64,000 nucleotides of DNA from Trichosphaerium sp. ATCC 40318 (Eukaryota > Protista > Tubulinea): the NCBI GenBank assembly GCA_038496445.1, contig JALMLS010000436.1, positions 1 to 64,000 on the forward strand, written 5' to 3'. Made by a program: the position numbers and the translations under genes. The notes under the pieces were generated by a model that did not search any database, was not told the origin of the DNA, and saw only the letters and a program-made list of their open reading frames with translations. This document shows positions 48,801 to 61,891 of this stretch, one piece after another (positions within the stretch are counted from its first letter, which is position 1; every line of letters starts with the position of its first letter).

Positions 48801-51800
48801 ATATACGACCAAGCATATTATCACCAGCACCATCACGTCCTGCTCCCCAGAAAGAGTCTTTGCGACTGAATTTCAGATAAGCTTTACCTGTATCCAACAG
48901 TTTCTGTAAAGGAGATAATCATTAGATACAATAAAAAAAAAAAAAAATCTTAATAAAACAAACATACTTGACGCAAGTCTGCATGTTGTGTGAATTTTTC
49001 CTTGACAACTTGTGACATAACATCTTCCCTCACTTCTTCCCAATCCTTTCTAATTACAAAATCCTCTGTACGTCCCATAGAGGTAGCCTTAAATAAATGA
49101 GCAACAACTCCTCGCTTAAAGAATTTCCACGCACGTGACCTGGAGTAGCACTTTGGCGAATTTCTTCTTCGTAAACTGTACCACAAAACTTTTGAGCCTT
49201 GCAGGAGTGTTAACATTAAAGCAATACAATCTTTTCAACAAGAAAAACATACTTGAAAGAAGTGTTGTGCTGTAGGCCATATTTTGTCTTTGATACGGAC
49301 AGGATGAGAACTATAATTTGATAAATAACCATGAGAATCATCAACACGCCAAAACTCAATGACATCTTCCCAATTGCTAACTAGAGAACAATATACTGTA
49401 AGCACAATAACAAATACCTAAAGGATTACCTGGTATAGGCTTAATAGGTACACGCTCTGCAACAAGCAAGTTTGTTGGTACTGTTTGTCTTGGAACATCA
49501 TGAGCTTTTGATTTTTTCCTTTCCCTTGATGTTCCTGGCGCTGATGGTTAGCTCATTTATTCCAATGATACTCTAGAGAACAAAGAAACTCTATAACATA
49601 CTGGGAGGTTTTTTATCCTTGTCTTGAGTTCCTGGCAAGCTGTCTTCGTAAGAACCAGTACTGTAGCGTTTATGCGCGTCTAAACCAGCTAATGGAGGAG
49701 TTGGAGGCTTATTGAATGTTAGAACTTCACTACGTGACGCTAATACGTACAGAACTTGATGGTACAGGCGATGTCGTAGCCTCTTGTATAATATCTGGAA
49801 GACTTAAAAAGAAGGATAAGCGAAAGAGAAAAAAAAAAGAAGTCCACTGCTTTCTTACATAGAATAATGACATTCATGCTGGCTAGTATCCTCTGGTTTT
49901 TCTATTGTAAATACAGGATTTTGTGGTGTTGGAGGCGGAGGTTGAGATGGTGCACTACTCAATGGAGGTAAAGTGCTGTAAAAAGGAGAAGGGCCTCCTA
50001 GTTTACTTGGACTATACAATAAGTTAGTTGGTGTTTGCTTTGTTGATGATACTACAAGAAACGTACTCTAGTAAACTAGGCGTTTTCTTAGGTATACTTG
50101 GTCTTATTCTATCAGGTACAGGCCTTTTATTCTCAGTAGAGCTGAAAAATGGTTTAGGCGCTGCTGGTTCACCTGAAGATGAGCATGTGGCAGCACTTGT
50201 ACAAGTATCAGATCTATCACGATGACTAAATGTAGCTTCTTCGCTTGATAACCTATGCATACATTAGCGCTTGTTAACACTGGAATAAAGAATATCAAGT
50301 AGACTAACGTAGGCAATCTGGGACGGAATTTTTCGCGTCTCGTCTGCGTAGAAAACTTACTCCGTTCGTTTCCGGGAGAACCAGGAGGCTTAGCACCTAA
50401 AACAAGGATTAATACAAAAACAAAGTGGCGAGTAGCCAAAATAAAAAAAATCAAACTATACCTCTATTCTTTGCCGGACTTACAGGTGCGGGAACACTAG
50501 GAGCAGAATTCGCTCTGACTGTTTGTTGAGGAATAGATAATTTGGACGTTTCTGACTTTATAGACAGCGATGCTGATATAACAGAAGTAGATAGTGCTGA
50601 TGATGATAAAGCAGAAGTAGATAAAGCAGAAGTAGATAAAGCTGAATTCGAAAGCGCCGAACGACCAGATTTTCCTGATTTGTTTGATTTAAATGATCTC
50701 ATAGACTGCTGAGAAGACTCAGATGATTCCATTGTACGACGCTTCGCTTTATCCGAGCGTCTTCGCGGTATCTTCTTTTTTTTACTAGAGCCGTGAGACG
50801 ACCTCAAAGGACGCGATCTTCCTGGTAAAGACGCAGCTATACTACTTTGAGAAAAAAAAATCTACACTGGTCTATCACAGCACAACGTACTTCTTCTTGG
50901 CTTTCTAGGCTTCTCTCTAGGTACAACCAATGCAGAGTTTGCAATAGTAGGACGTATTCCCTTATCTAGAGAAGCAGACGATGCAGATCTTGAAGGCTTA
51001 TTCTTGGAGGACAAAGATAGTTTCCTACGAAGCTTCCTCTCAAAATCAGGTGAAGAGCTTGTCCTCTTAGCCTTTTCTGTAAATGTCACTTTCGATGCAA
51101 CCCTTGTATTCTTTGGCAGGCTCTTATGCCTCCTAGACTCCTTGGTACTCTTTGTACTTCCCGTGCTATCTGATTCACGTATTGTATCGCGCATAGTTAG
51201 AAATCTTCTCTTTGAACTTGAACGTCTAGGTTTTGGTAGCATTGTATTAGCACGCTTCCTGAAAAGGTTCTTTGCGCCTTTTTTTTGTTTTTCACTCTCT
51301 ATCAAAAAAGAGTCAATAAGATATCACTATCGCCACCTCTTACGGCGTAGTAGTGGAGACAACATAAAATAAGAGCACTCTTTCAATGGTGTATTTAAAA
51401 AAAATAAGGCATGCAGTAATGTTTCACGTTCTCACGTGTTTTGCGTCGAAGTACAAAAGAACCAATTTTATACGCACCATCTATTGGTAGTTCACCTTTT
51501 TCGATTGACCATTGAACTTGTAGAATGCCTGTAAAAATACCATCCCTAAGCAAGCTTATCCAATCCGATGTTGGATCGAAGTTACGTAATTGCTGTCTTA
51601 CTTCACCTACCTTAGAGAAAAGCCAATAAATAAATCGGTCTAAAACACCCTCCCGTAATTTTTTTTTTGTTTTAATTTTGTAACGTACAACCCCTGTCTT
51701 GTTCCGGACGCGTATGCGCAAGTAGTCTTTTTTACCATTTTTTAAAGGCAAATCAAATTGCTGATTCCAACTAGGACACCCCTAATTACATTAAGTGATA

Positions 51801-52036
51801 AAAACGCATCGGATACAGATTATTTTTATGTAATGTATGCCGAAAATTAACCTGTGAGTGCTTTTCCTTTGTTGTTTGCGCTGTTTTGCTCCAGGATCCT
51901 TCAGAACCTGTTTCGAACTGACAATAAACTGGTTTACGCCCTGTATACTGTTCAGCACCATTTTAAGCACCATGACACTGTGTAACGCGTACGCACCTAA
52001 ATCCTTGCCTTCTAGTACGTTCAACCGCAAGTACAT
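45896..52036 (-). CDS. Multidomain protein: C2 - Ser/Lys/Pro-rich linker - NADAR (YbiA-like) - ankyrin repeats - PARP catalytic domain - FYVE
   Basis: C2: MYLRLNVLEGKDL..PSWNQQF. NADAR (about 48775-49370): IEFWRVDDSHGYLSNY..WPTAQHFFQAQKF..DWEEVREDVM..KFTQHADLRQKLLDTG..DSFWG..GDNMLGRILMQVRE. ANK: DGLTPLH, GRTPFH, GRTPLF, GMTPLH. PARP: FHGT, GKFGRGIYFA, HDSV, DEYIIY, PRYVI. FYVE: CNSC..CRRCGSVYCSNC..VCSDC. Linker-NADAR and NADAR-ANK splice junctions are in frame. Confidence 0.85.
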
Positions 52037-52351
52037 ACCAGAGAGGCTGTTTAGGCAATCTTAGTCTAACGTTTAGTTCACATTGGCACTCAGGATTTCA
52101 ACAAAACTTTACTTCAACGTAACATTCACTAGTAGTGTACAGTAAGCCAAAGTTGCGATGAGTAGCCATTTTTAATACTGTATGGCGCTATTTGCGGCGG
52201 AAGATGCACTCTCCGAGTTCGTTGTATAACGACACTATCTGACGCATTGCTTAGTGTCAAGTGTCTCTCAAACTGGCGAAGAAAAACAATGAGAAAAAAT
52301 ATTTTCCACAACAGTCAACTCTTCATAATTTTTTTTTTTGTTCCTGCAACC

Positions 52352-52634
52352 ATGTATTTGATGTACTATATTAACGAGAATGGTAAACGCGTATACACCT
52401 TAAAAGTACGTTCATAATTACACCAAAAAGAGCTAATTGGTGTAGAAAATTGGTCCTAACAAGAAACGAACCAAGTCAGCGCACCCAGGTAACATTTTTT
52501 TCTCAATTTAAACAATTGTCCAACACACTACTGTAGCGCGTTTCAGCCCAGCTGATCAATACTCACGACAAAGAATCGAAGCGAAGAAACGATTTGGCTT
52601 GTTGATTACCCAAAAACCTGAAAAACCGCTGTAA
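52352..52634 (+). CDS. NOP10: H/ACA snoRNP protein Nop10
   Basis: Three exons give [51 protein letters not shown]. Confidence 0.96.
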
Positions 52635-53095
52635 ATTAATGTCCTAATCGCTTGCTTGGTTTGTGCGCGAATTACGTGCCCAAAAAAACCATCGCTCCTC
52701 GTTTGAAGCTTCTGGCTCTCGAATTTTGTAAAAAGCATCCTTGTTACTTCTAAATAATAAAAACAAGTACGAGAAACAAAAGTGTCAAATGATTTAGTGC
52801 AAACTAAACTGCAACATGCTTACTGCAGCAAATCATCTTAGGATAGTACTAGGCCCTTACGCGGGCTAGGCGGTATTGAATTGCACAAAAGGAAACCACG
52901 CTTCGACTTAAAAACAACTTTACGAGTTGCTCTTCCAACCGTGAAGCGTACTTGCATCTATACATGGTGCTGCGCAATCCTTTAGTGCCGTCTACACGTG
53001 CGTACACAAGAAGTCTTCAGAAAGGGTCTGACTTTCAACTCCTAATTGGTTATGTTATTACAAGTGCCAGTATTTAGTGCAAGAGCGAGCGCATA

Positions 53096-56000
53096 ATGAG
53101 AAGTTCTCAACCAACAACCATCAGTAGGAAGGCTACAAAAAGTATACTCGATCAGGCGAGACGCTCACGCTCATTGGCGTTGGATAAGCAGTCCAAACGG
53201 AATTTATTGCTGGTAAATAACGAAAGATTATTAAACAGTCTCAAAACCCTATAGGACGGTACTAGTATGCAATTAATCAAGATTGCAGTGGACAAAAGTG
53301 GTCTAGACTTGAAACAAGAAACAGTTGGTGACACGGTGTACGATCTTTGCTTCCAAGGTACGCAATCGTACGTCACTCATATCTCCGTTGACGTCATCGA
53401 CTACAGGCACCGATTTGGTCGAAGTCTTTAAAACCGTACGAAAACAGCGTCTAATTCGTCTATTAACGCATAATTAGGCAATGGAATGTACAAATGACCA
53501 AGCAATCAAGTTTGGCGAGCAACTTTTTACAGAGGGACACATTTCCGCCGTAGATGCCTCAAACGTTGATAAGTTCGAAAATAAAGATCATACATACACT
53601 ATTCGCAAGGTAGGAAATCGCCTATGGCGAAATATTGCGTTTTTTTCATTTAGTTTTTTTATTCAGGCTTCCGTTGTCGAAACGACGTTTGTACCTCACC
53701 TTGAAGAGTTAACAGACAAGAATACACAAATGGTTGGTGGTAAAGTACTCAAAGTGCACCTTATTAGAGGAATAGATCTTGTAGCAGCTGATTCTAATGG
53801 ATACAGTGACCCGTACGTCAAAAACTTGAACAATTTAATTATTTTTTTTGGTTTTTTTTTATTGCGACTTTCCTTAATAGGAAATCATTGTAGGTTTTGT
53901 AAAATCACTTGTAATGGTACTTCGTACAAAACAAAAGTACACAAGAAGGTAATTAGAGCGTTTTGATGTTTGTAAAAGGTATGTTGTTGAAAAAACTGAA
54001 ATTGTTTTAGACGCTTGATCCTATTTGGAATGAAAGTTTTATTTTCACTGAGCAAGAGATAACAGAGATTGTTGTTAAAGTATATGACAAGGATACATTA
54101 TCTAGGGAGTTATTGGGTTCAGCAACAATAACTATGGACAATATCAGAGGTAAGAAAGTGCATGCAGTTGCCAGTGGAAGAACGAAAATTTTCTGAACTG
54201 AACAGAGATGTTAATGTTTTTTTTTTGTTTAGGGACGACAAACAAGTTTATAAAAGGGGAAGAAATTATTAAAACATTTTCGTTGACTGATGCTAAACAT
54301 GGCGAGATAGAAATCGGTTTCTTACCCGTCAATTTTGGTAGAAGTACGTCGTCTGTAGTTCCACGAAAATAAAAGCCGTACTGGCTTTTATCTTTCTTTT
54401 TTTTGGTGTTTTACTTGTGTTTATTAAAGGGTTCATAGCTATGACTCCACGATCAATGAGTTTTGAGGATATGCTAAAAGATAGCACAAAAGATTGGGAT
54501 CTTACTAAATTCCGAACAGACACAATAGATGCTGAGGTGTGTTGAAATAATTAAACTATTTTTTTGTTTAATCTCATTGCATTAGGTAACAATAAAATGC
54601 CCTTCAAACTGGCAAGTGAAAACAGATAGAAGAGTTGTAAAAGGTGTATTGTATTTATTCGAATGTATCAATCAAGTTGTACGTACACCACAAAGTGCTG
54701 TGTTTGTCTCACGGGTTTTTTCTTTACTTTGTTAGCTAGTTTCGAGATTGCTAACTTTCTTTGTTTGTTAGTCCAAGATGTACATCCTAGAGAGACCAGA
54801 AACAATTTTTTCTTATAGTCAATTAAACACAGTATATCAAATGCTTGCACCTAACAAACAAACAATGGCCTCACTGGTAGAACTTAAGGAGGAGGTATAT
54901 TACAAACAATCTAACCTGATTTTTTTTCCATCTTGGTTTAAAGTTCCCTTAGCGCATAGCTTATTATAAGTATAGATGTGTTTACTAATATTATTGCTAG
55001 GAATCTATTGTGTCAAATAATTTGGCATTAAAATATACTGCTGTGACACATTTGAAGAAAGATGATATTTATAAAGCTGAAGTAGCTTATCATTTTGAGT
55101 ACAGTAATCTACTCTATGAAGTACATTATTATAGTATCGGTGATACAGCCGAAGGCGTTAAAAAAACATTAAAGAAGATGGAGGAAGTACGTGCCAATTT
55201 CTTCTTATCACGTGATTGCTATTTGTTCCTGGTTTTTTCTTAGTTTTTTTTTTTTCTGTTTTCTTTCAGTATTCTAGCTTCTTTGTTTGTAATCGAAGTT
55301 ATTTAGGATGTATTTAATTGGATGGTAGCATCGCTACGTTTCACTTCCGAAAATCAAACAGAAAAATTAATGGCGAAGCGACTGGAGACATACCAATCTG
55401 CTTTGACTACCTTGTATGTCCTTTTCTTTCTTTCTTTTCATCTTGCAAGTAAAATACTCATTGTAACCCAAAAGACGTACTCGTAAGAACTGGTCTTCTA
55501 TTGTAGCAAAATGTAACAACGGTCTTTATGTACGAACTTGTTTTAACCTTTAATACCTTTTTTTCTTTTTTGGCGAGTTTCAAGCAATTGTCAGCTATAA
55601 AGCTGTCATCAAATTGAAGTAACTAGACCTATGATATCATAAAAAACTATTATCTAAGGTTCTGCATGCGACCTTACTTTTGTATTCTAGGTGGCTGTGG
55701 ATTATCCACCATATATGATACATCAGAGAAGTAAAGCAGTAAATCTTCTTGTATCTTATGAACCACTGGATCCTAATGATCCTATACATGGTGAATCTAT
55801 ACTTATTCATCCTTTCTGTAATGAAAAGAAGATTGACCATGACAAGATGGAAGCAATGGTAGATAAGTTAAAAGGTATAATGGCAAAGGAGAAGTTCAAG
55901 ATATGTCCAGGTACGCTTCTTAAAGAACAACAAAATATCACGTGTTAAAACACGTGTTGCCTTTTTGGATGACATTTTTGAGAACACGTGACCTTTGATG

Positions 56001-56384
56001 TTCACGCGAGCGTCAATAAACACGTGTCACTGTCTGCCTTCTCTGATTTTTGTTCGCTTAGGTGAACTTACAAGAACAATATCAAAAATGAAGGCTATTG
56101 GGTTTACTACAATACGTTTTATGGATACTTCATTTAATGTTACAACTATATACCTATTTGGTACTTTTCAAGTACGTTGTAAGAGTGATGGTAGTACAAG
56201 TGAAGTGACAGCGATGAAGTACGTTTTTTTTTTTTTTTTTTTTTTGAGTATCTTTGGTGTATTGTTTATTTTCATGTGTAGGCAACATGAAAAAAAATTA
56301 AAAGAAGTTTTCAGCTATGTACTAGATAGTGTTGTAGTAACTGAACTTCAAAAACCAGAAACTGAAGGCGATGACAGTCAGTAA
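53096..56384 (+). CDS. DEP domain + C2 domain protein with an uncharacterised C-terminal region
   Basis: CFQGTDLVEVF..DQAIKFGEQLFTEGHI..FENKDHTY (DEP); LKVHLIRGIDLVAADSNGYSDP..KTKVHKKTLDPIWNESF (C2); linkage of the last exons not fully verified. Confidence 0.7.
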
Positions 56385-56799
56385 CACAACAAAAAACCCC
56401 AGAAGCCAAAATAAAATTTTTAGAAACCATTTCTTTTTCTATGACTCATACCCTTCCTCGATCAAGTTTGAAAGCAATTCTCTATCAAAAGTAGCTAATT
56501 GCAGCGATTCTTGTACCGGCTTGTCTTGACATGGTATCGGTTTATTAAAGGTTGTAAGTGTATAAGCAGAAAACTAGAATTGAAACCAAAACTTAAAACT
56601 GCACGACAATTAAAGAATCCAACTTTTAATTAGTGCACTTTCATTTTACTACTCAAAGTAGGTATTGGCATTATCAAACAACCATCTCCTTATCACTACT
56701 CCTTTATGGTCAACCAATCTGGTTCCACCATGCGTACATAATTTACAATCAATACCTTGCATTTTGTTTACAGAAAATAAGAAATTGCTGGTCTAATAT

Positions 56800-58713
56800 C
56801 TATTGGAGTACTTTTCTGCCATTCTTCATAACACATTGTAGTGTTAGTTTTCCATTTTGATCCCATTCTTTGTACTCACCGTTATCTAAGTTATTCCTCA
56901 TCATACATTGAATACTTATTTGACCATTCTCATACCATTCTTTGTACTCTCCTTCATACTTTGAGTTCACACAGTAGCATTGTATACATAAATTCCCGTT
57001 TTGGTACCATTCCTTGTACTCTCCTTCTTTCTTACCTCTCTTTGAAGAGTGCTCACAACGAAGTTGACCACATTCATACCACATCCTAGCTAAACCTTCA
57101 GCTTGTCCATTGACACGAGTCAAGCATCGTTTCATTTGTCCATTGGGGTACCATTCTTTTTCTTCTCCATGAGGAATACTGTCCTTTACATAAAACTGTA
57201 AAAACAACTGTCCATTCCTGTGCCAACTTTTTACTTCGCCTTGTACTTTGTCATTCCATCGGTAGAGGCACTTTGACACTTGTCCATTATCATAGAACTC
57301 TTCATACTTTCCTGCAGTTTTTCCATTCTCTGCTGCATACCGTACTTGTAGTTTACCATTTTCATACCATTGCCTACACTCTCCATGTTTTAAGCCGTGT
57401 TTCCAAAATCGTTGAGATGACATCTGTCCACTACTGTACCAGCAATCATGTTCTCCTTCTTTTTTTCCATTGCGTATAGTATAAACCTGTTTCATTTGTC
57501 CATTTTCATACCACTCTTCCACTAATCCTTCCATCACATCATTGATATAACGTACACACAACGCAAGTTGTGTATTTTCATGCCACTGCTTGTATTTACC
57601 ATTCTTCTTTCCGTTCTTGTACTCGCAACTTTTTATCTTATTCCCATCTTTATACATGACATTCTTGCCATCCGGTATGCCATTCTTTACCTCAAGACTA
57701 CTTGTAATTTGTCCATCCTCATCCCACTTTTTCACAATACCATAAGGCCTACCATTGCAACAGAATCTTTCGGCTTTTCTTGTTCCATTTTCGTGGTAGT
57801 GCGTTTCTTTTAGACATTGCATGCCATGTATAATTTCCAAGTTGCCTTCTTTGATCATTTGTTGGTTATAGCAATCATCTGTGCTATCTTCGAAGAATAA
57901 ACAAGATTTAAGGTTCCCATTCTCATAATATTCTTTCTTAAACCGCACTATTTTATTGCAATGAACAAAGAAGTGTATCTTTAGTTTGCCATTTTTATAC
58001 CACATTTTTACTTCACCTTCTGATACTCCATTGTTTACACTGATAGAGGCTTCCATATTACCATTTTCATACCACTTTTGGAGTATTCCTTCGCACTTGT
58101 CATTTTTACACCAGCCTTGTTCAGATATCTGTCCGTTTTCATACCACTTTTGGAGCTTACCGATCTTCTTGCCATGTTCATACAAGCAATGGAATGCAAT
58201 CTGTCCGTTCGAGTACCACTGTTTTCTCTCTCCATGGAACTCGTTATTCAGGAAGAACACTTCATGATGCAGCTGCCCATTTTCATGCCACCACAATCCT
58301 TTTCCTGTTGCCTTTCCATACTCATGGTAGTAATGCACCTCAAGTTGTCCGTTTTTATACCAGTCTTTCGACTCACCCACAGGTAGTTGAATCATGGCCT
58401 TTAACTCTCCTGTTGAATACCACTGCTTCCAGGTACCCTTTTTTCTAAAGTCATTCGTAAAATGAGTGTTTTTAGCAGCTGCAGCAGACAGTAGGTGATA
58501 TTTTATGAACACTTCTTTGTCGAGCGAGCATATGGAACATTGAATATCGCTTGGTAATTGTGTCAGAAGACCATGTGATACTGAACGAGCTAAAGAATAA
58601 AACTTAGCCACTAAAAATACGAGAAAGTTATAGGTACGCACCGTGTATTCTCTGTATTTTCTTTTGTAAGGTTTGCATAAGTAATACCAAGAATTGTTCC
58701 AACGTGTCAACAA
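56800..58713 (-). CDS. F-box-like + MORN-variant repeat protein (true start uncertain)
   Basis: LLTQLPSDIQCSI F-box-like motif; about 20 GE.KEWYENGQL repeats in an uninterrupted ORF. Confidence 0.85.
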   Translation of the reverse strand: MLTRWNNSWYYLCKPYKRKYREYTVRTYNFLVFLVAKFYSLARSVSHGLLTQLPSDIQCSICSLDKEVFIKYHLLSAAAAKNTHFTNDFRKKGTWKQWYSTGELKAMIQLPVGESKDWYKNGQLEVHYYHEYGKATGKGLWWHENGQLHHEVFFLNNEFHGERKQWYSNGQIAFHCLYEHGKKIGKLQKWYENGQISEQGWCKNDKCEGILQKWYENGNMEASISVNNGVSEGEVKMWYKNGKLKIHFFVHCNKIVRFKKEYYENGNLKSCLFFEDSTDDCYNQQMIKEGNLEIIHGMQCLKETHYHENGTRKAERFCCNGRPYGIVKKWDEDGQITSSLEVKNGIPDGKNVMYKDGNKIKSCEYKNGKKNGKYKQWHENTQLALCVRYINDVMEGLVEEWYENGQMKQVYTIRNGKKEGEHDCWYSSGQMSSQRFWKHGLKHGECRQWYENGKLQVRYAAENGKTAGKYEEFYDNGQVSKCLYRWNDKVQGEVKSWHRNGQLFLQFYVKDSIPHGEEKEWYPNGQMKRCLTRVNGQAEGLARMWYECGQLRCEHSSKRGKKEGEYKEWYQNGNLCIQCYCVNSKYEGEYKEWYENGQISIQCMMRNNLDNGEYKEWDQNGKLTLQCVMKNGRKVLQ

Positions 58714-59359
58714 ACTTGTTGACCTGATATTTCTGCTTTTAAGTAAGACATTGGCTAAGTGTTGTGCACATTTGCCCTACTGTGTTACACAGTTATCCTT
58801 TGGTATTCTTAGAATACATGTGTATTTAGTCACGCTTTCGTCAATCAGAGCTATTTCCCTTTAGCTACTTAGGCGTTGTACGTTTTTAGAAGATAAACAC
58901 TACACGGTCGCTTTGGAGTTCACTAAGTTTTTTGGCTCATACATATTCACGTGGTGCCAATCGTTTCGCCTATTAAACTCCACTGAACTTCACTTTCTTA
59001 GATTGTGAAATTTATTGACCACGTGCCTATTGATAAACTGTTGATATTGGCTCAAAGATGCTGAGAAGTACCCTGCTAAATCGTGTAGGTAACACCAGTT
59101 ATTAAAGTGGTAGAGTGTTCACTTGTTTTTGGTTAGATCTATGTTAGCTCATCGCAGAGAGCCAACGCATGCAATGGATTGACCCTTTGGGCTCAAGTTT
59201 CACTTAGTTTTTCTTCGCAAGATATTTTATACGCGAGGCTTTAAGACGCGGCGTGTCATTGGTACAATCTGTAGTATTCTACTCAGTTTTTTGCGAAGTA
59301 TAAAGTTTATTACTTTAGATGTTTTTGACTTAGTACACGTGTTTCATATTTATTGTATT

Positions 59360-61891
59360 CTAAAGTTTTGATTTAATCATGTACTGTGGTTTTCTATTTG
59401 GGTCTGTTAATCTATACTGAGAAGGATACAATGGTTCCTTTGTTAACTTATCATAGCTTTCTTTTGATTTATCAATTTCAGGGAAGCATCCAACATCTTT
59501 TGCAAGATCATCCACGTAAGGTCCAAAACGTATAACCATACCGAACTTTGGCTTTCTCTTATTATATTCTTTTAATTTTTCATCTATCCATTCTTCTTTG
59601 ATAGCTCTTGTTGGTTTTGTAATACGACCTTAGAAAGAGAAAAAAGTTAACAAAAAAAAAATATCAAAAAAAAAAAAACAGAGTTGGGACAACTACGAGT
59701 ATCATATTTGATTCATCTCAGTTAAATTCGAGAATATATTATTTTAATATGTTTTTAAGATAATAAAGGAACGAATTTAACAAAAGGACTGAAAACGCAG
59801 GAGAAAAAACAATATTGTTTTGAAGAGTTTTTTTTTGCACCTGAGCTTATTCCTGCAGCCCACCTAGCCTGCATTTCTGCCACAACAAAGATAGCACCCA
59901 AAGTATCGCTCTGAGCGAGAAAGAATAAATTATCAAACTTCTCATGCATCACGTGTTTGTATAGCCTCATTCTACCAGGACCAACAGGAGCTACTAAGTC
60001 TTCATCGAAGAAAGGAAAATGTAGCAAATTATATCCAGTCGCCAAAATAACGATATCATAGGACTCATGATTACCATCTACGAATGTAACACCATCGCTT
60101 GTAAATGTATCAATATCTGGCTTACATACAAGTCGACCTGTTTCTAAATGATCAAGTAATAGAGGTACATCCTTAGATATAGAAAGTTGGATTTTTGATG
60201 GATGTTCTTTTTTTGGTTGAGGGAAACCAAGGTTTACTAAAGCTTTCGTTGTTGGTAAGCAGAATTGAAAGACATCTTTTGCTCTTTCTTCTGGAGTACT
60301 ATTATTCTTATCTCTTGTGATAAAGTATTGATCAAGTGGTATATCTTTTGAATCAAAATGTCGAGGAATAACATAAACACCACTACAAAAAAGTAAAGTA
60401 AGAAAAAACCCGACGAAAAATTATTGCATTCGGCAATTTTGTTCTACCACTTTTAGCACGTGGTTGCTGGTAAAAGAAGTTGTACAATTTACCAGAGATC
60501 TGGTAAGACCAAATACTTGGTGATTCAGTTTAGTTCAGGGCAGTCTTACAACCATTATGTTGTCCGAAAGCTTTTTTTTTAATTCTATTTGGGACTGGTA
60601 CGATAAAAATGATACGTACGTTCTTATAGCAATATGTGTTGATTTAGAAACAGAAGCTATAGCTATAGAAATATCTAGTCCACTATTTCCAGCACCAACG
60701 ATTAAAACACGTTTATCAACAAACTCGGAAACAGAGCGAACTTTCTGAGAATGCATTATTTTACCCTGAAACGTGCTTTTCCCTACAACAAACAACGATT
60801 AATACTAAAGATACAATAAAGAAATACATCAAAAACAACAGGTTTGCATTTGAAATGATTGCAGTCATCATAGATTTGAAGGACAAATGATCTTTAGGGA
60901 CAATCCAGAACGAACGATCAAAAAACAAAGGGGAGCATTTGCTTGCCTTTGAAAAATGGTATTTTAGGAGATGCGAATTGTCCGCTGCATACGAAGATAC
61001 CGTCAACCACAAGCCAAAGTACTTGTGACTTGTTTCTACATCTATAAGCCACTTTCCATTTATTTCCAACAGGTATAGCTCTTACGACTTTACATCCAAA
61101 CTAAAATTTTTTTTTAATGTTAGCCTTCCTTCTACAGTATTCAAAAAATCCAATCACAAAACGTCATTGCAAAATTAAGTATTTATCAATATTTCTCACC
61201 CAACGAAAACGCTCATACGATAAATAAGGGTATGAAGTTTCGATGAACAATAGAAGAAAAAAAAAATTCCACAAAAAAAAAAAAGAACACGTGCACTCAA
61301 GTGCCACGTTCTTGTTTGAGCTTTCTTGAGCGTAAAAAAAAATACGTTACACGTACTTTAATGCGCTGATAAAGGTCATACTTGAGAGCGTACTCTCGTA
61401 AGTAATCAACAATTTGCCTATGGTTTGCGTAGTGACTATCACACTTCATTTCAAAGTCCGAAAAGCCCATCATTTTAGCTGAAGAGTTTGACTGTAGAAA
61501 CTCATATGCACAAGCGTTACTTGACTCATCGCCTAAAACAGACGTAGTTTAGCGGTTTAATTCATGTTTAGAGTCGTTTAAATAAACAGAAAAGTTTAAA
61601 ACAGTCTGTAAGCGCCAAAACCGCCTAAAAAACGCGCGAGCGTTTAAATTGATAGTAATAAGCGTACGTTTTTCATCGTAGACCCAAACGCCACCCAAGG
61701 AGTCGCTTTGTTCGAATACTATTGGTATTAAGCCTTCTTCGAGAAGGGCCTTTGCGCTGGCTAACCTACAAGCGGTGTTTATAACGTTTAAGAAAAACCT
61801 TTTTTCATTACCCACTAGAACCTGCGCCAATGACTGCTACGGTACCGCGTCGTAGCGTGTGACGTACTGCTGTGAGTTTTGGTATGAACAT
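59360..61891 (-). CDS. Flavin-containing monooxygenase (FMO) with C-terminal SKL
   Basis: VAVIGAGSSGL (FAD); FEQSDSLGGVW; FQGKIMHSQ (FMO motif); VLIVGAGNSG (NADPH); ATGY; AEMQARW; ends MIKSKL*. Confidence 0.93.

Noticed and set aside
58945-59070. Possible degenerate F-box remnant on the plus strand
   Set aside because: Similarity too short and frameshifted to support
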